DNA of 64,000 nucleotides from Pirellulales bacterium (GTDB lineage: Bacteria > Planctomycetota > Planctomycetia > Pirellulales > PALSA-1355), in the NCBI GenBank assembly GCA_963733035.1, contig CAVTBU010000004.1, forward strand, positions 288,001 through 352,000. The letters are read 5' to 3'. The position numbers were made by a program, and so were the translations under genes. The notes under the pieces are model-generated. The model saw only the letters and a program-made list of their open reading frames with translations. It ran no database searches and was not told the origin of the DNA. Shown here piece after piece: positions 29,676 through 39,208 of this stretch; the first letter of the stretch is position 1, and each line of letters opens with the position of its first letter.

Positions 29676-30551
29676 GTGAGTCGAGCGCTCGTCGCCGGGG
29701 CAACCGGTTATCTTGGCAAATACGTCGTCCGAGAGTTTAAGAAACAAGGCTACCGGGTGCGGGCGCTGGCACGCAACCCAGAAAAGCTCAAGACCGAGGG
29801 ACCTTCGCTGGAACCCGCGGTCTTCAATCTCGTGGACGACGTCTTCGTGGGCGAGGCGACCAAACCGGATACGCTACGCGGGCTCTGCGACGGGATCGAC
29901 GTCGTTTTCTCCTCGCTCGGGATTACGCGGCAGAAGGACCGAGTCAGCTACATGGATGTGGACTATCAGGCCAATAAAAACATTCTGCAGCTTGCGGCGC
30001 GAGCGTCCGTACGAAAATTCATCTTTATCTACGGATTCAATGCTCACCTCATGCAGCATCTTGAACCGATGCGGGCCCGTGGCAAGTTCGTCGACGACCT
30101 CAAGCAGACTGATCTGGACTACACGGTGGTTTCGCCGAACGGCTTTTTCGATGATATGTCGGAGTTCCTACGGATGGCCAAGCGGGGAACGTGCTACTTG
30201 ATTGGCAACGGAACCAGTAAGATCAATCCGATTCACGGGGCCGACTTGGCCGAAGCGTGCGTCAAGGCCGCCGATTCCCAGGATCAGGAAATCCCGATCG
30301 GGGGACCAGCCATTTACTCCTATCGTGAAATCGCGGAACTCGCCTTCGACGTACTGAGCAAGCCGCCAAAGATTCGACGAATCCCGGCGTGGCTGATCGA
30401 GTGCGCTGCACCCCTAATGCGTCCCTTTAGTGCAAAGTACTATGCCGTTGCCGCAGGAATGGCAACAATCATGCAGCGGGACTTCATCGCCCCGCGGTAC
30501 GGTACGCACACGTTGAAGGATTTCTATGAGCAACTCGCGCCTCGACTTTGA
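29676..30551 (+). CDS. Atypical SDR / NAD(P)-binding oxidoreductase
   Basis: LVAGATGYLG Rossmann motif, VDYQAN, INPIHGADLA. Confidence 0.85.
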   Translation: MSRALVAGATGYLGKYVVREFKKQGYRVRALARNPEKLKTEGPSLEPAVFNLVDDVFVGEATKPDTLRGLCDGIDVVFSSLGITRQKDRVSYMDVDYQANKNILQLAARASVRKFIFIYGFNAHLMQHLEPMRARGKFVDDLKQTDLDYTVVSPNGFFDDMSEFLRMAKRGTCYLIGNGTSKINPIHGADLAEACVKAADSQDQEIPIGGPAIYSYREIAELAFDVLSKPPKIRRIPAWLIECAAPLMRPFSAKYYAVAAGMATIMQRDFIAPRYGTHTLKDFYEQLAPRL

Positions 30552-30582
30552 GCGGAGCTGCCCGAAACAGGAGTTCAACCCA

Positions 30583-31191
30583 ATGACCAACATTCCCGAC
30601 AAGTCCACTTTTGCCAAAGCCTATGCGGACAAGGCGCCCTGGGACATTGCGGGCCCCCAACCTGCATTCTTGGACGTTGCCGACCAAATCAGGGGCTCCA
30701 TTCTGGATGCTGGCTGCGGCACCGGCGAGAATGCGCTCTTCTTCGCCGAGCGGGGCAACCAGGTGACCGGGATCGACTTCCTGGAGGAACCGATCCGACG
30801 GGCACGACAAAAGGCGGCCGCTCGTGGTCTTTCAATCGACTTCATGACCATGGATGCCCTCGCGCTGGACCAACTGCCGCAAATCTTTGACAACGTGATC
30901 GATAGCGGACTGTTTCATGTTTTTAGCGACACCGATCGGCGGAAGTATGTTGCCGGACTCGCAGGATCCCTTGCGCCGGGTGGCCGCCTCTACTTGCTGT
31001 GCTTCAGCGATGAAGAACCAGGTGAAGCAGGACCGCGACGCGTTTCCAAGTCGGAGCTAACGACGGCATTTGCCAACGGTTGGAAAATCGAGTCCATTGC
31101 ACCGCAACGTTTTCAAGCCATTCCAGAATTCAAGAACATGTTTTCCGACGGTGGTCCCAAGGCTTGGTTTGTCATTGTCCAGCGACAATAA
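30583..31191 (+). CDS. Class I SAM-dependent methyltransferase
   Basis: PWDI..PQP, LDAGCGTG, DSGLFHVF, LAPGG. Confidence 0.88.
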   Translation: MTNIPDKSTFAKAYADKAPWDIAGPQPAFLDVADQIRGSILDAGCGTGENALFFAERGNQVTGIDFLEEPIRRARQKAAARGLSIDFMTMDALALDQLPQIFDNVIDSGLFHVFSDTDRRKYVAGLAGSLAPGGRLYLLCFSDEEPGEAGPRRVSKSELTTAFANGWKIESIAPQRFQAIPEFKNMFSDGGPKAWFVIVQRQ

Positions 31192-31294
31192 GAATCCCGA
31201 CGGCCAGGTTTCTTGGGCCCGTCCCAACAGCCGGCATACGTACGGGGCACAGGGCCGTGCATATTTGCCGCATCCACCCAGACCGAGGGAAACG

Positions 31295-31780
31295 ATGCAA
31301 CTTCATTCCCTGAAGATCGACAAGCCCCAGGACGTCAACTTTATTCTCGGCCAAACGCATTTCATCAAGTCGGTCGAGGATATTCACGAGGCCCTGGTCG
31401 GGGCCGCCGCGGGCATCAAGTTTGGATTGGCGTTTTGCGAAGCCTCGGGAAAATGCCTCGTGCGCTGGTCGGGCACGGATCCCCAGATGGTTGACCTGGC
31501 AAAGCGGAATGCGATTGCGATTTCGGCCGGCCACTCGTTTATCGTCTTCCTGGGCGAGGGCTTCTTCCCGCTCAACGTGTTGAACGCCCTGAAGATGGTA
31601 CCTGAGGTGTGCCGCATCTTCTGCGCCACGGCAAATCCGACGGAGGTAATTCTTGCCGAAACGGAATTGGGCCGAGGGATTCTGGGCGTGGTCGACGGTT
31701 TCACTTCCCAGGGGATTGAAGACGAGGACGGAATCCAATGGCGGAGAGACTTTTTACGTCAGATTGGCTACAAGCTCTGA
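31295..31780 (+). CDS. Adenosine-specific kinase-like protein (DUF355)
   Basis: NFILGQTHFIKSVED, FGLAFCEASG, CATANP, GILGVVDG, IGYKL. Confidence 0.85.
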   Translation: MQLHSLKIDKPQDVNFILGQTHFIKSVEDIHEALVGAAAGIKFGLAFCEASGKCLVRWSGTDPQMVDLAKRNAIAISAGHSFIVFLGEGFFPLNVLNALKMVPEVCRIFCATANPTEVILAETELGRGILGVVDGFTSQGIEDEDGIQWRRDFLRQIGYKL

Positions 31781-31924
31781 CCGGCTCATCCGCCGCTCGA
31801 TGCCGTGGCGAACGAAAACGGATTGGCGATGCTATATTGCGCGTTCGAAAGCGATTCAACCGGCGTCGCTAATGCGCCGACGAAGCGGCTAGGCTCGACA
31901 ATCGTTGCCCTGTAGACCGGAGGC

Positions 31925-32965
31925 ATGCCCATCATGTCGGAACTGCGATTTGACATGGCCACCAACGATTGGGTCGTATTTGCGCCGTCCCGCGCTCTAC
32001 GACCGACGGACCTGCCAAAACACCGACAGCTCTCCGAACAGGCACAGGTACCGGCCAACTGTCCGTTTTGTCCTGGCAATGAAGCCTTGACTCCTCCGGA
32101 AATCTTCGCCCACCGCTCGCCGAATGACCGCGACCCGTCGAATTGGATGGTGAGGGTTTTTGCCAACAAGTTTCCAGCCCTGCGCACGGACGAAACTCCC
32201 GTTCGATCGGAAGACGCGAACCATTTCTCATCGATGGCAGGATGCGGTGCACACGAGGTGATTATCGAATCGCCCAGGCACGACGTCTTCCTGGGTCAAC
32301 AGCCCATTGGACAAGTGGAACTCATCCTGGGCACATTACAGTATCGTTACCGCGCCTTGATGTCCGACAAGCGCTTTCAGACCGTGGTTCTTTTCAAGAA
32401 TCATGGATTGGGAGCCGGCACATCCCTGCAGCATCCCCACTGGCAATTGATTGCCACGCCGATCGTGCCGCGGCTGCTGCGCATGCAGCACTACGAGGCG
32501 GAGTCGTACTTCGATCGCCACGGTGTGTGCTTGTATTGTGCGATGCTCGAGCGGGAACTCGCGGCGGAGCGGCGCATTCTGGCCCACAATCACGACTACG
32601 TCGCGTTTTTGCCGTTTGCTTCCCATGTGCCGTTTGAAACCTGGATCATGCCGCGAAGCGCACAGCCGTCGTTCAATGTTGTCGACGAAAAACAGCTGCG
32701 CTCGCTCGCCGAGATCCTGAAGACGGCCCTGCTGAAGCTTTACACGGGCCTTGACGACCCGGATTTCAACCTCACGATTGACGACGTGCCACGTGGGGAT
32801 GACGACAAGGACTATTTTCGGTGGCACATGCGCATTTTGCCGCGACTGAGCACGCCCGCCGGCTTCGAAATGGGAAGCGGGATGTCGATCAACACCGTCT
32901 TGCCCGAGGAAGCCGCGACCTTTCTGCGCGACGTCTCGGTCGTTCATGAAACGCTCGATGGTTGA
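31925..32965 (+). CDS. galT: Galactose-1-phosphate uridylyltransferase (HIT superfamily)
   Basis: CPFCPGNE, NKFPAL, HEVIIESP, KNHG..AGTSLQHPHWQ, AGFEMGSG. Start at 31925 or 31934. Confidence 0.85.
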   Translation: MPIMSELRFDMATNDWVVFAPSRALRPTDLPKHRQLSEQAQVPANCPFCPGNEALTPPEIFAHRSPNDRDPSNWMVRVFANKFPALRTDETPVRSEDANHFSSMAGCGAHEVIIESPRHDVFLGQQPIGQVELILGTLQYRYRALMSDKRFQTVVLFKNHGLGAGTSLQHPHWQLIATPIVPRLLRMQHYEAESYFDRHGVCLYCAMLERELAAERRILAHNHDYVAFLPFASHVPFETWIMPRSAQPSFNVVDEKQLRSLAEILKTALLKLYTGLDDPDFNLTIDDVPRGDDDKDYFRWHMRILPRLSTPAGFEMGSGMSINTVLPEEAATFLRDVSVVHETLDG

Positions 32966-33324
32966 CACGCTTCGGACTTTTCTCAGGCTCCGCCCAGAGC
33001 CAACCTTTTAGGGGTGCGATTTGCGAAGTGGCATCCTTCTGGGGGCTCGGCAACTGGCGAGGTTCAATCGCCGCACAGGAAACTGACAGCACGCAGGCAG
33101 TGCCCAGCTATCGCTCACAAGACACGGCGACAATCTAGCCAAATTCACTTCTTCCGCCCAATTGCACGACTTCGCACGGCTGCAAACTGGGCCGTCTGAC
33201 GAATTTGAAAGTCGTGCTTAAATTGATGCCTGTCTGGTTTGTATCAGTCCGATAACGGTTTCTAGTGTCACTACGTAGTCGCAAGTCGACCTCAACTTCT
33301 GACCCAGCGAATTCGAGGCGAGCC

Positions 33325-35124
33325 ATGCTGTTCGTACGCCGGTCCATGAGCGTCGCGTTGGCGCTTTTTTCCGCGAGTATTGCCGCGGCGCAAACGGGTC
33401 CCTATCCGGCCGCCCCCCCTGGTGCCCCGCAACGTCCAACTGTCGTTCCCAATTCGGCGCAGCAGGGAGCGGTCCTCCGACCCGTGCCCCAGGCCTTTGG
33501 GCCGGGCGCAGCTCCACAACCAGTGCAGCAAGCGCGCTACACGGCGCCTGGAGTTCAAATCACGCCGGTTAGCCGCGCGAATATGAGTCAGCAGACAGGC
33601 CCGCCGGTACAGCCCGTACCGCCGCCTGAGAATGTGATTGGGGAGCCGACCATAGATCCACTCCCCATCAGTCCGTCAATTTTGAGCGACGAAGTCAATC
33701 CGATTAACCTGGACAGCGCATTTCGGCTTGGCGGAGTGCAGAACCCTCAAATTCGTTTGGCGGGTCAACAGATTTCGCAGGCGGTCGCGGAACGGCAGTT
33801 GGCGGCGGCCGTGATTCTACCGACGATCAACGTCGGTACCAATTACGACGACCATACCGGCGTTTTGCAACAATCAAGCGGTAACATTCTGAATGTCAAC
33901 CGTAGCGCCTTGTATGCTGGGGCTGGTGCGAATGTCGTTGCCGCCGGTACGGTCAACATTCCCGGCATCGTGTGGAACGATAACCTGTCGGAAGCACTTT
34001 TTCGCTATCTAAAGTCACGACAACGCGTTGCGGAACGACAGGCCAATCTGTTCGCGACCAGTAATCACATGTTGCTGGAGGTCGCCGCCGCATACTTTGA
34101 ATTGATGCGGGCCGAACAGTCCCGCGCCATTGCCGCTCAGATCCGAGCCGAGGCGAGGGAAGTTGCCCGCATCACAGCTAGCTACGCCGCGACCGGCCAA
34201 GGCCGCGAAGCGGATGCCAACCGTGCGGCAACGGAGTTTCGCCGCCGCGATGTCCAAGTCCTCGAGTTCGAGGGCAATATTCTCAAGGCGTCGGCCCGGC
34301 TGGCACAGCTGCTCAATCTCGACCCGTCGGTTCGTTTGCACCCGACCGATCCCTGGGCAGTGCCGTTGGGCATTATTCCCGAGTCGATGACGTTGCCGCA
34401 ACTATTGACCATCGGCTTGACCCAGCGTCCGGAGATGGCGGAGCGACAGGCGGCCGTTCGCTTTGCACTCCGGAACTTACAGATGTATCGCTGGCTGCCG
34501 TTTTCACCCACGACACGCGTTGGCTTTAGTGCCGGCACCTTCGGCGGCGGCAGCAATCTCTCGCAACCTCCTTATAACGTTACGCCCTTCTTCGGCAATT
34601 TCTCCTCACGAAGCGACTTTGACGTCTTGGCTTACTGGACCTTGAAAAACTGCGCCGTTGGTAACCGTGCGTTGATCAATCAGGCCGCGGCGGAGTACAA
34701 CATCAGCGATCTGGAGCTGCTGAAGACGCTTAACTTAGTTCGAGCTCAGGTTGCCTCCTCACAGGCCAAGGCATTGGCCCGGTTTGCTCAAATCGGGATC
34801 AATCAGCGGGCCGTTCAAACAGGCCAGGCAGGTTTCGGTGAAGACTTGCTCCGCACAAAAGCCGCGGAGGGACTGCCGATCGAGGTGCTCAACAACTTGG
34901 ATCTGCTCGCGCGAGCGCGATTCGAATTCCTGACATCGATCATCGAGTTCAACACCGCCGAATTCGAACTCTACGTGGCTCTCGGCCAACCACCCGCGAC
35001 TGCCTTAGCGCAGCCAATCGCCGAGCCACTTCCCAACCCGGAGAACCTGCCCCCTCCCGCAGGGCAGAACCAGCCGGGCGCCGCACTTCCTCAGCAACCC
35101 GCGCCGCCTCAAGTAATCCAGTAG
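33325..35124 (+). CDS. TolC-family outer membrane efflux protein with Pro/Gln-rich N-terminus
   Basis: Signal peptide, INL.SA..L....NP, AYFEL, RPE, G..LP.EVL, ALG. Paralogous to the next gene. Confidence 0.8.
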   Translation: MLFVRRSMSVALALFSASIAAAQTGPYPAAPPGAPQRPTVVPNSAQQGAVLRPVPQAFGPGAAPQPVQQARYTAPGVQITPVSRANMSQQTGPPVQPVPPPENVIGEPTIDPLPISPSILSDEVNPINLDSAFRLGGVQNPQIRLAGQQISQAVAERQLAAAVILPTINVGTNYDDHTGVLQQSSGNILNVNRSALYAGAGANVVAAGTVNIPGIVWNDNLSEALFRYLKSRQRVAERQANLFATSNHMLLEVAAAYFELMRAEQSRAIAAQIRAEAREVARITASYAATGQGREADANRAATEFRRRDVQVLEFEGNILKASARLAQLLNLDPSVRLHPTDPWAVPLGIIPESMTLPQLLTIGLTQRPEMAERQAAVRFALRNLQMYRWLPFSPTTRVGFSAGTFGGGSNLSQPPYNVTPFFGNFSSRSDFDVLAYWTLKNCAVGNRALINQAAAEYNISDLELLKTLNLVRAQVASSQAKALARFAQIGINQRAVQTGQAGFGEDLLRTKAAEGLPIEVLNNLDLLARARFEFLTSIIEFNTAEFELYVALGQPPATALAQPIAEPLPNPENLPPPAGQNQPGAALPQQPAPPQVIQ

Positions 35125-35175
35125 GCAGTCCGCTCCGTTCGGTAGGCGGATACCTTCCAGTTACGAGACCCAGTC

Positions 35176-36869
35176 ATGTGCAGAAGTATAGCGCGAATGC
35201 GAAACCTCAGACTCTGGACCATGCGCAATGCATTGGTTGGCCTCCTGCTTTTACCGCTGCTTGGTAGTTGGCTGCTCACAGCCGAGGCAGTCGAGCGTCT
35301 ACCTCGGGTGGCGCCCGCGCCGGCTGGAAGTCGTCCGACGTCCCCGCTGTATCCAGTGCAACAGGCCACGGCAACCGTCGCGAGCCACAGTCAATCGAGT
35401 CCCGGCGCTCCGTCGTCGTTGGGACAACCTGAGGACATTAAAGTCCCTGCCTTGCAGTTGCGCCCGAAGCCTATGCCAACGGCGCGACTGTGGGAGACAA
35501 TGGAGTTTACCCGATCGATCTGCCGTCCGCGCTGATGCTGGCGGACCGCGCGAACCCGGAACTAAACATTACGCGTCAAGAGATCAACGCCAGCCTGGCA
35601 GTGCAAACCTTGGCGCGGACGATTTTGGTACCCAACCTGAACGCCGGTGCGAATCTTCACCTCCACAACGGGCCGCTGCAAAAATCATTCGGTGCCATTT
35701 CAACGCTGGCCGAAAAGTCCCTCTACGTGGGTGGCGGTGCCGACACGGTTGCGGCCGAATCCATTAAGGTTCCGATGGTTCAAATCTCGGCTGCACTGAC
35801 CGATGCGATTTACGAGCCGCTTGCGGCCCGTCAGCGAGTAACCGCCGCTCGCTTCAACAATAGAAACGCTTTCAATACGATTCTCCGCGACGTCAGCACC
35901 GGTTATATCTCGTTGATGGCCGCCGAAGCCACCCTTGCGGTCCTGCAAGAATCGTTCGCAAACGCCACCGAAGTCGCGAGAACGACAAGCAACTTCGCGG
36001 AAGTCGGCCAGGCCCGCCAGGCCGACGCCGATCGAACACAGACGGAGGCCTCGCTGCTGAATTCCGAGGTACAGTTGGCAATTTCGGAACGGGCCGTCGC
36101 CTCGGCCGAGTTGTGCCGGCTGCTCAATCTCGATCCGTCGCTTCGCCTGACGACCGTCCAGGCGCGGCCACTTCCAGTACTCAACCTTGTCGACCCAAGC
36201 TATTCGGTGGAGCAACTGATCGGCGTCGCGATGGGAATGCGTCCAGACTTGATTGCCAGGTCCGCGGAAGTCGCGGAAATGGAAGCGCATTATCGCCAAG
36301 AGCGGATGCGGCCGTGGCTGCCGACGGTGATGTTAGGATTCAGCGCCGGCACGTTCGGTGGCGGCAGCAATTTGCAGCAGGCACCGTACAACGTTCCCCA
36401 GACATTTGGTGCATTTGGGGCACGAACGGACTTTGACGCCCTCGCCGTATGGACGGCGCAAAACGTTGGCGTCGGAAATATGGCACGGTGGCGCACACGA
36501 CGCGCGCAGCGCGATCAGAACTTCTACAGGCGGGTGGCGACAGTGAACCTGCTTCGTGAACAGATCGCGTCCGCCCACGCGCTGTCGACCGCCGGCCGCA
36601 AAGAAATCGTCGTGAGTCGTGCCCGCTTGGCAACCGCCGAAGATGGCTATGTCGAGGAGCTCCGCCGCGTGCAAGGGGGTGAAGGTCTGCCGATCGAATT
36701 GATCGACAACTTGAATCGGCTCGTGCGGGCGCGCGTTGCCTTGATCAAGGCGATTGCCACCTATGACAAGGCACAATTTGATTTGTTTGTCGCCTTGGGC
36801 CAGCCGCCCACGCTAGCGCTCCCGAACGCCCAAGCACTACAAGCACCACCGGCCGCAAACGGACCGTGA
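35176..36869 (+). CDS. Second TolC-family protein, split by a frameshift near 35460
   Basis: ORF 35176-35535 supplies the signal peptide and ORF 35490-36869 the TolC body (IDLPSAL, RPDL, GFSAGTFGGGSNL, VALGQPP). Exact start uncertain. Confidence 0.75.
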
Positions 36870-37195
36870 CGCGCATGCATGCAGGGAAATCATCGCGTCG
36901 GAAATCCCAGTTACATTTTCGTTACCTTAGGTGCAAAACCAGTCTTCCAACGCGTATTGTTTTATAGGGAGGTTGCGTTTTTCGAAGGACGGACAGGATG
37001 AGTCGTTTGACGAAAACTCCTTGTGGATTTTCACTTTGTGAGACTCGCGTGGAACATCGAGCAAGCGGAATGGGAACTCCCAAGCAGCGCAATTTGGACC
37101 ACGCGACGGCTCGACGAAAGGCATATTGCCGAAACGGAAATCGTCAAGTAGAGTATTCAAAGGCGTCAGGCAAGAACGAGACTTTTGGTGCGTCC

Positions 37196-37591
37196 ATGCG
37201 ACGAACAGCGTGCAACTCAATCGCCGTGGTGGCTGCCATCGGTGCGATACTCTCCCCACTGGCAGTGCCCTCCATTGAGATTTCCGCTGGTCATGCAGTT
37301 CGTCCGGTCCGCACTAGCGCCTCGGCCATGGATACGATCGCGGCCGTCTCCGCGGTCATTCGTGCTCAGCGCAACTTCGCCGACTGTACTCAGCCTCATA
37401 ATTGGCTCGAATCGCGATCGGAGGAAGAAAATAAGCTGGCGGTTGCCATCGAAGCCAATGGTGCTTCGCCGGCACTTATTGACACTCCCACTTTTAACGC
37501 ATGTGTTGCTTTGAGCGATTTCGGCCGGCATTTGGCCTGGAATCCGTCGACACGCGCGTTCTCACCCAGCGTTCATCCGCTACGCTGCTAG
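37196..37591 (+). CDS. Small hypothetical protein with hydrophobic N-terminus, ending HPLRC
   Basis: MRRTACNSIAVVAAIGAILSPLAVP is signal-like. It is co-oriented and directly upstream of the MFP. Start uncertain. Confidence 0.45.
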   Translation: MRRTACNSIAVVAAIGAILSPLAVPSIEISAGHAVRPVRTSASAMDTIAAVSAVIRAQRNFADCTQPHNWLESRSEEENKLAVAIEANGASPALIDTPTFNACVALSDFGRHLAWNPSTRAFSPSVHPLRC

Positions 37592-37755
37592 GCCCGAATC
37601 GGGGCATCCTTCTTTAAGACACGCTATGTGAGCGTGAAAACCCTCGTGTGAGGGCGTCATTTTAGCTTCCCTCGGGCGGATGGAAGGTGGTTTTAGGCCG
37701 CGCTCTGTGCGCGTTCACACCCCAATCCGAACAGCAGCCTGCAGGAGTTCAAATT

Positions 37756-39171
37756 ATGCAAGGTCGATTTTCAAAATGGCATCTCGCCCTGTTTCTGGCA
37801 GCTAGCATCGGGGGACTGACAACGTGGTACGCCGTGGCGTCAAACTCGGCGGCGGAAGTCCCTCACGAGGATGACATTCACCAAAGTGCTGCGGACGCAC
37901 CCTCGCATTCGGATGTGGTTCGAATTGAGGCCGTCAAGCCCGAACGGGGAGGCATCGAGCGTACGACGAATCAACCGGGCTCGGTAATCGCCTACGAGTC
38001 GGCTCGGTTGTTTGCCAAGGCGCCCGGATATCTGAAGTCGCAAGCGGTAGACATTGGGGACCACGTAAAGCGTGGACAGGTTTTAGCCGTTATCGACGCG
38101 CCGGAATTAATTCAGGACGTCGAAGTTGCGCAAGCCACGCTGACTCAAACCCAAGCCCAGGTGAAGCAAGCCGACGCCCGCGTCAACGCCGAAAAGGCAG
38201 CTCGCGACGCCGCCGTCGCGGCGATCGCCGAAGCGGAAGCCGAACTTGGTCACACCAAGGCCGTGCGAGATTTTCGCGAGAAGCAGTATCACCGCATCAA
38301 GGGATTGTTCGACCTGAAGTCGATTGACGAGCGACTGGTGGACGAAAAGCTCGACGAATGGGAGGCGGCCAGCGCCGCCGACCGTGCTGCGCACGCCGCG
38401 GTTGCCAGTTCCAAAGCGCTGGCCGCCGCCGCAACCGCCCGAGTCGCCCAGGCCCAAGCGGACGCCGCCGAGGCACGCGCCAAAGTGGCGGTTGCCGACG
38501 CTGAGTTAGCCAAGGCGAAGGTTCTCGCTGCGTACTTGGAGATTACTTCGCCGTACGACGGAGTCATTACGGAACGAAACTTCTTCCGCGGAGATTTCAT
38601 TTCCGGGGCCGACCAAAGTGCCGACAAGCCACTCTTGGCAGTCGCTCGCACCGACGTGGTCCGCGTGGTGGTTCAGGTGCCCGACGACGACGTGCCGTTG
38701 TTGGACGTGAACGATCCGGTTGACGTAACGATCGATGCTCTGCGGGGCCAGAAGTTCGAGGGCAAGATCAGCCGCTTCGCCAACGCCGAAGATACGCAGA
38801 CGCGGCTTATGCGGGCCGAAGTCGACTTGCCCAACCCCGACAACAAATTACATCCGGGCATGTATGGCAGCGCCATCATTCATTTGTCGCCCAACGAGTT
38901 GGCGTTGCGCGTGCCGTCGGCGGCTCTGCACGAGCAGAGTGGAGACGGACATGCGACGCTGTATGTCGCGAAGAACGGCAAAGCCGAACTTCGACATGTG
39001 CGCGTTGGCAGAGACAACGGAGCGCAGGTTGAGGTCATCGACGGCTTGAGCCCCGCTGATGAAGTGATCGTCAGCCAGAGCGACCAACTAACCGACGGAG
39101 CCGCCGTCCAGATACTCAATTCCACGGTTGGCAACGGGCAAACCACGTCTGCCGGGCCGGAACGAACATGA
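37756..39171 (+). CDS. RND periplasmic adaptor (MFP)
   Basis: AGGAG RBS, N-terminal TM, AKAPGYL..Q.VDIGD, ITSPYDGVI, LHPGMYG. Confidence 0.92.
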   Translation: MQGRFSKWHLALFLAASIGGLTTWYAVASNSAAEVPHEDDIHQSAADAPSHSDVVRIEAVKPERGGIERTTNQPGSVIAYESARLFAKAPGYLKSQAVDIGDHVKRGQVLAVIDAPELIQDVEVAQATLTQTQAQVKQADARVNAEKAARDAAVAAIAEAEAELGHTKAVRDFREKQYHRIKGLFDLKSIDERLVDEKLDEWEAASAADRAAHAAVASSKALAAAATARVAQAQADAAEARAKVAVADAELAKAKVLAAYLEITSPYDGVITERNFFRGDFISGADQSADKPLLAVARTDVVRVVVQVPDDDVPLLDVNDPVDVTIDALRGQKFEGKISRFANAEDTQTRLMRAEVDLPNPDNKLHPGMYGSAIIHLSPNELALRVPSAALHEQSGDGHATLYVAKNGKAELRHVRVGRDNGAQVEVIDGLSPADEVIVSQSDQLTDGAAVQILNSTVGNGQTTSAGPERT

Positions 39172-39208
39172 GACCTAACCTGCTAACAGATTTGAGGCAC
39201 GCCCAGCC

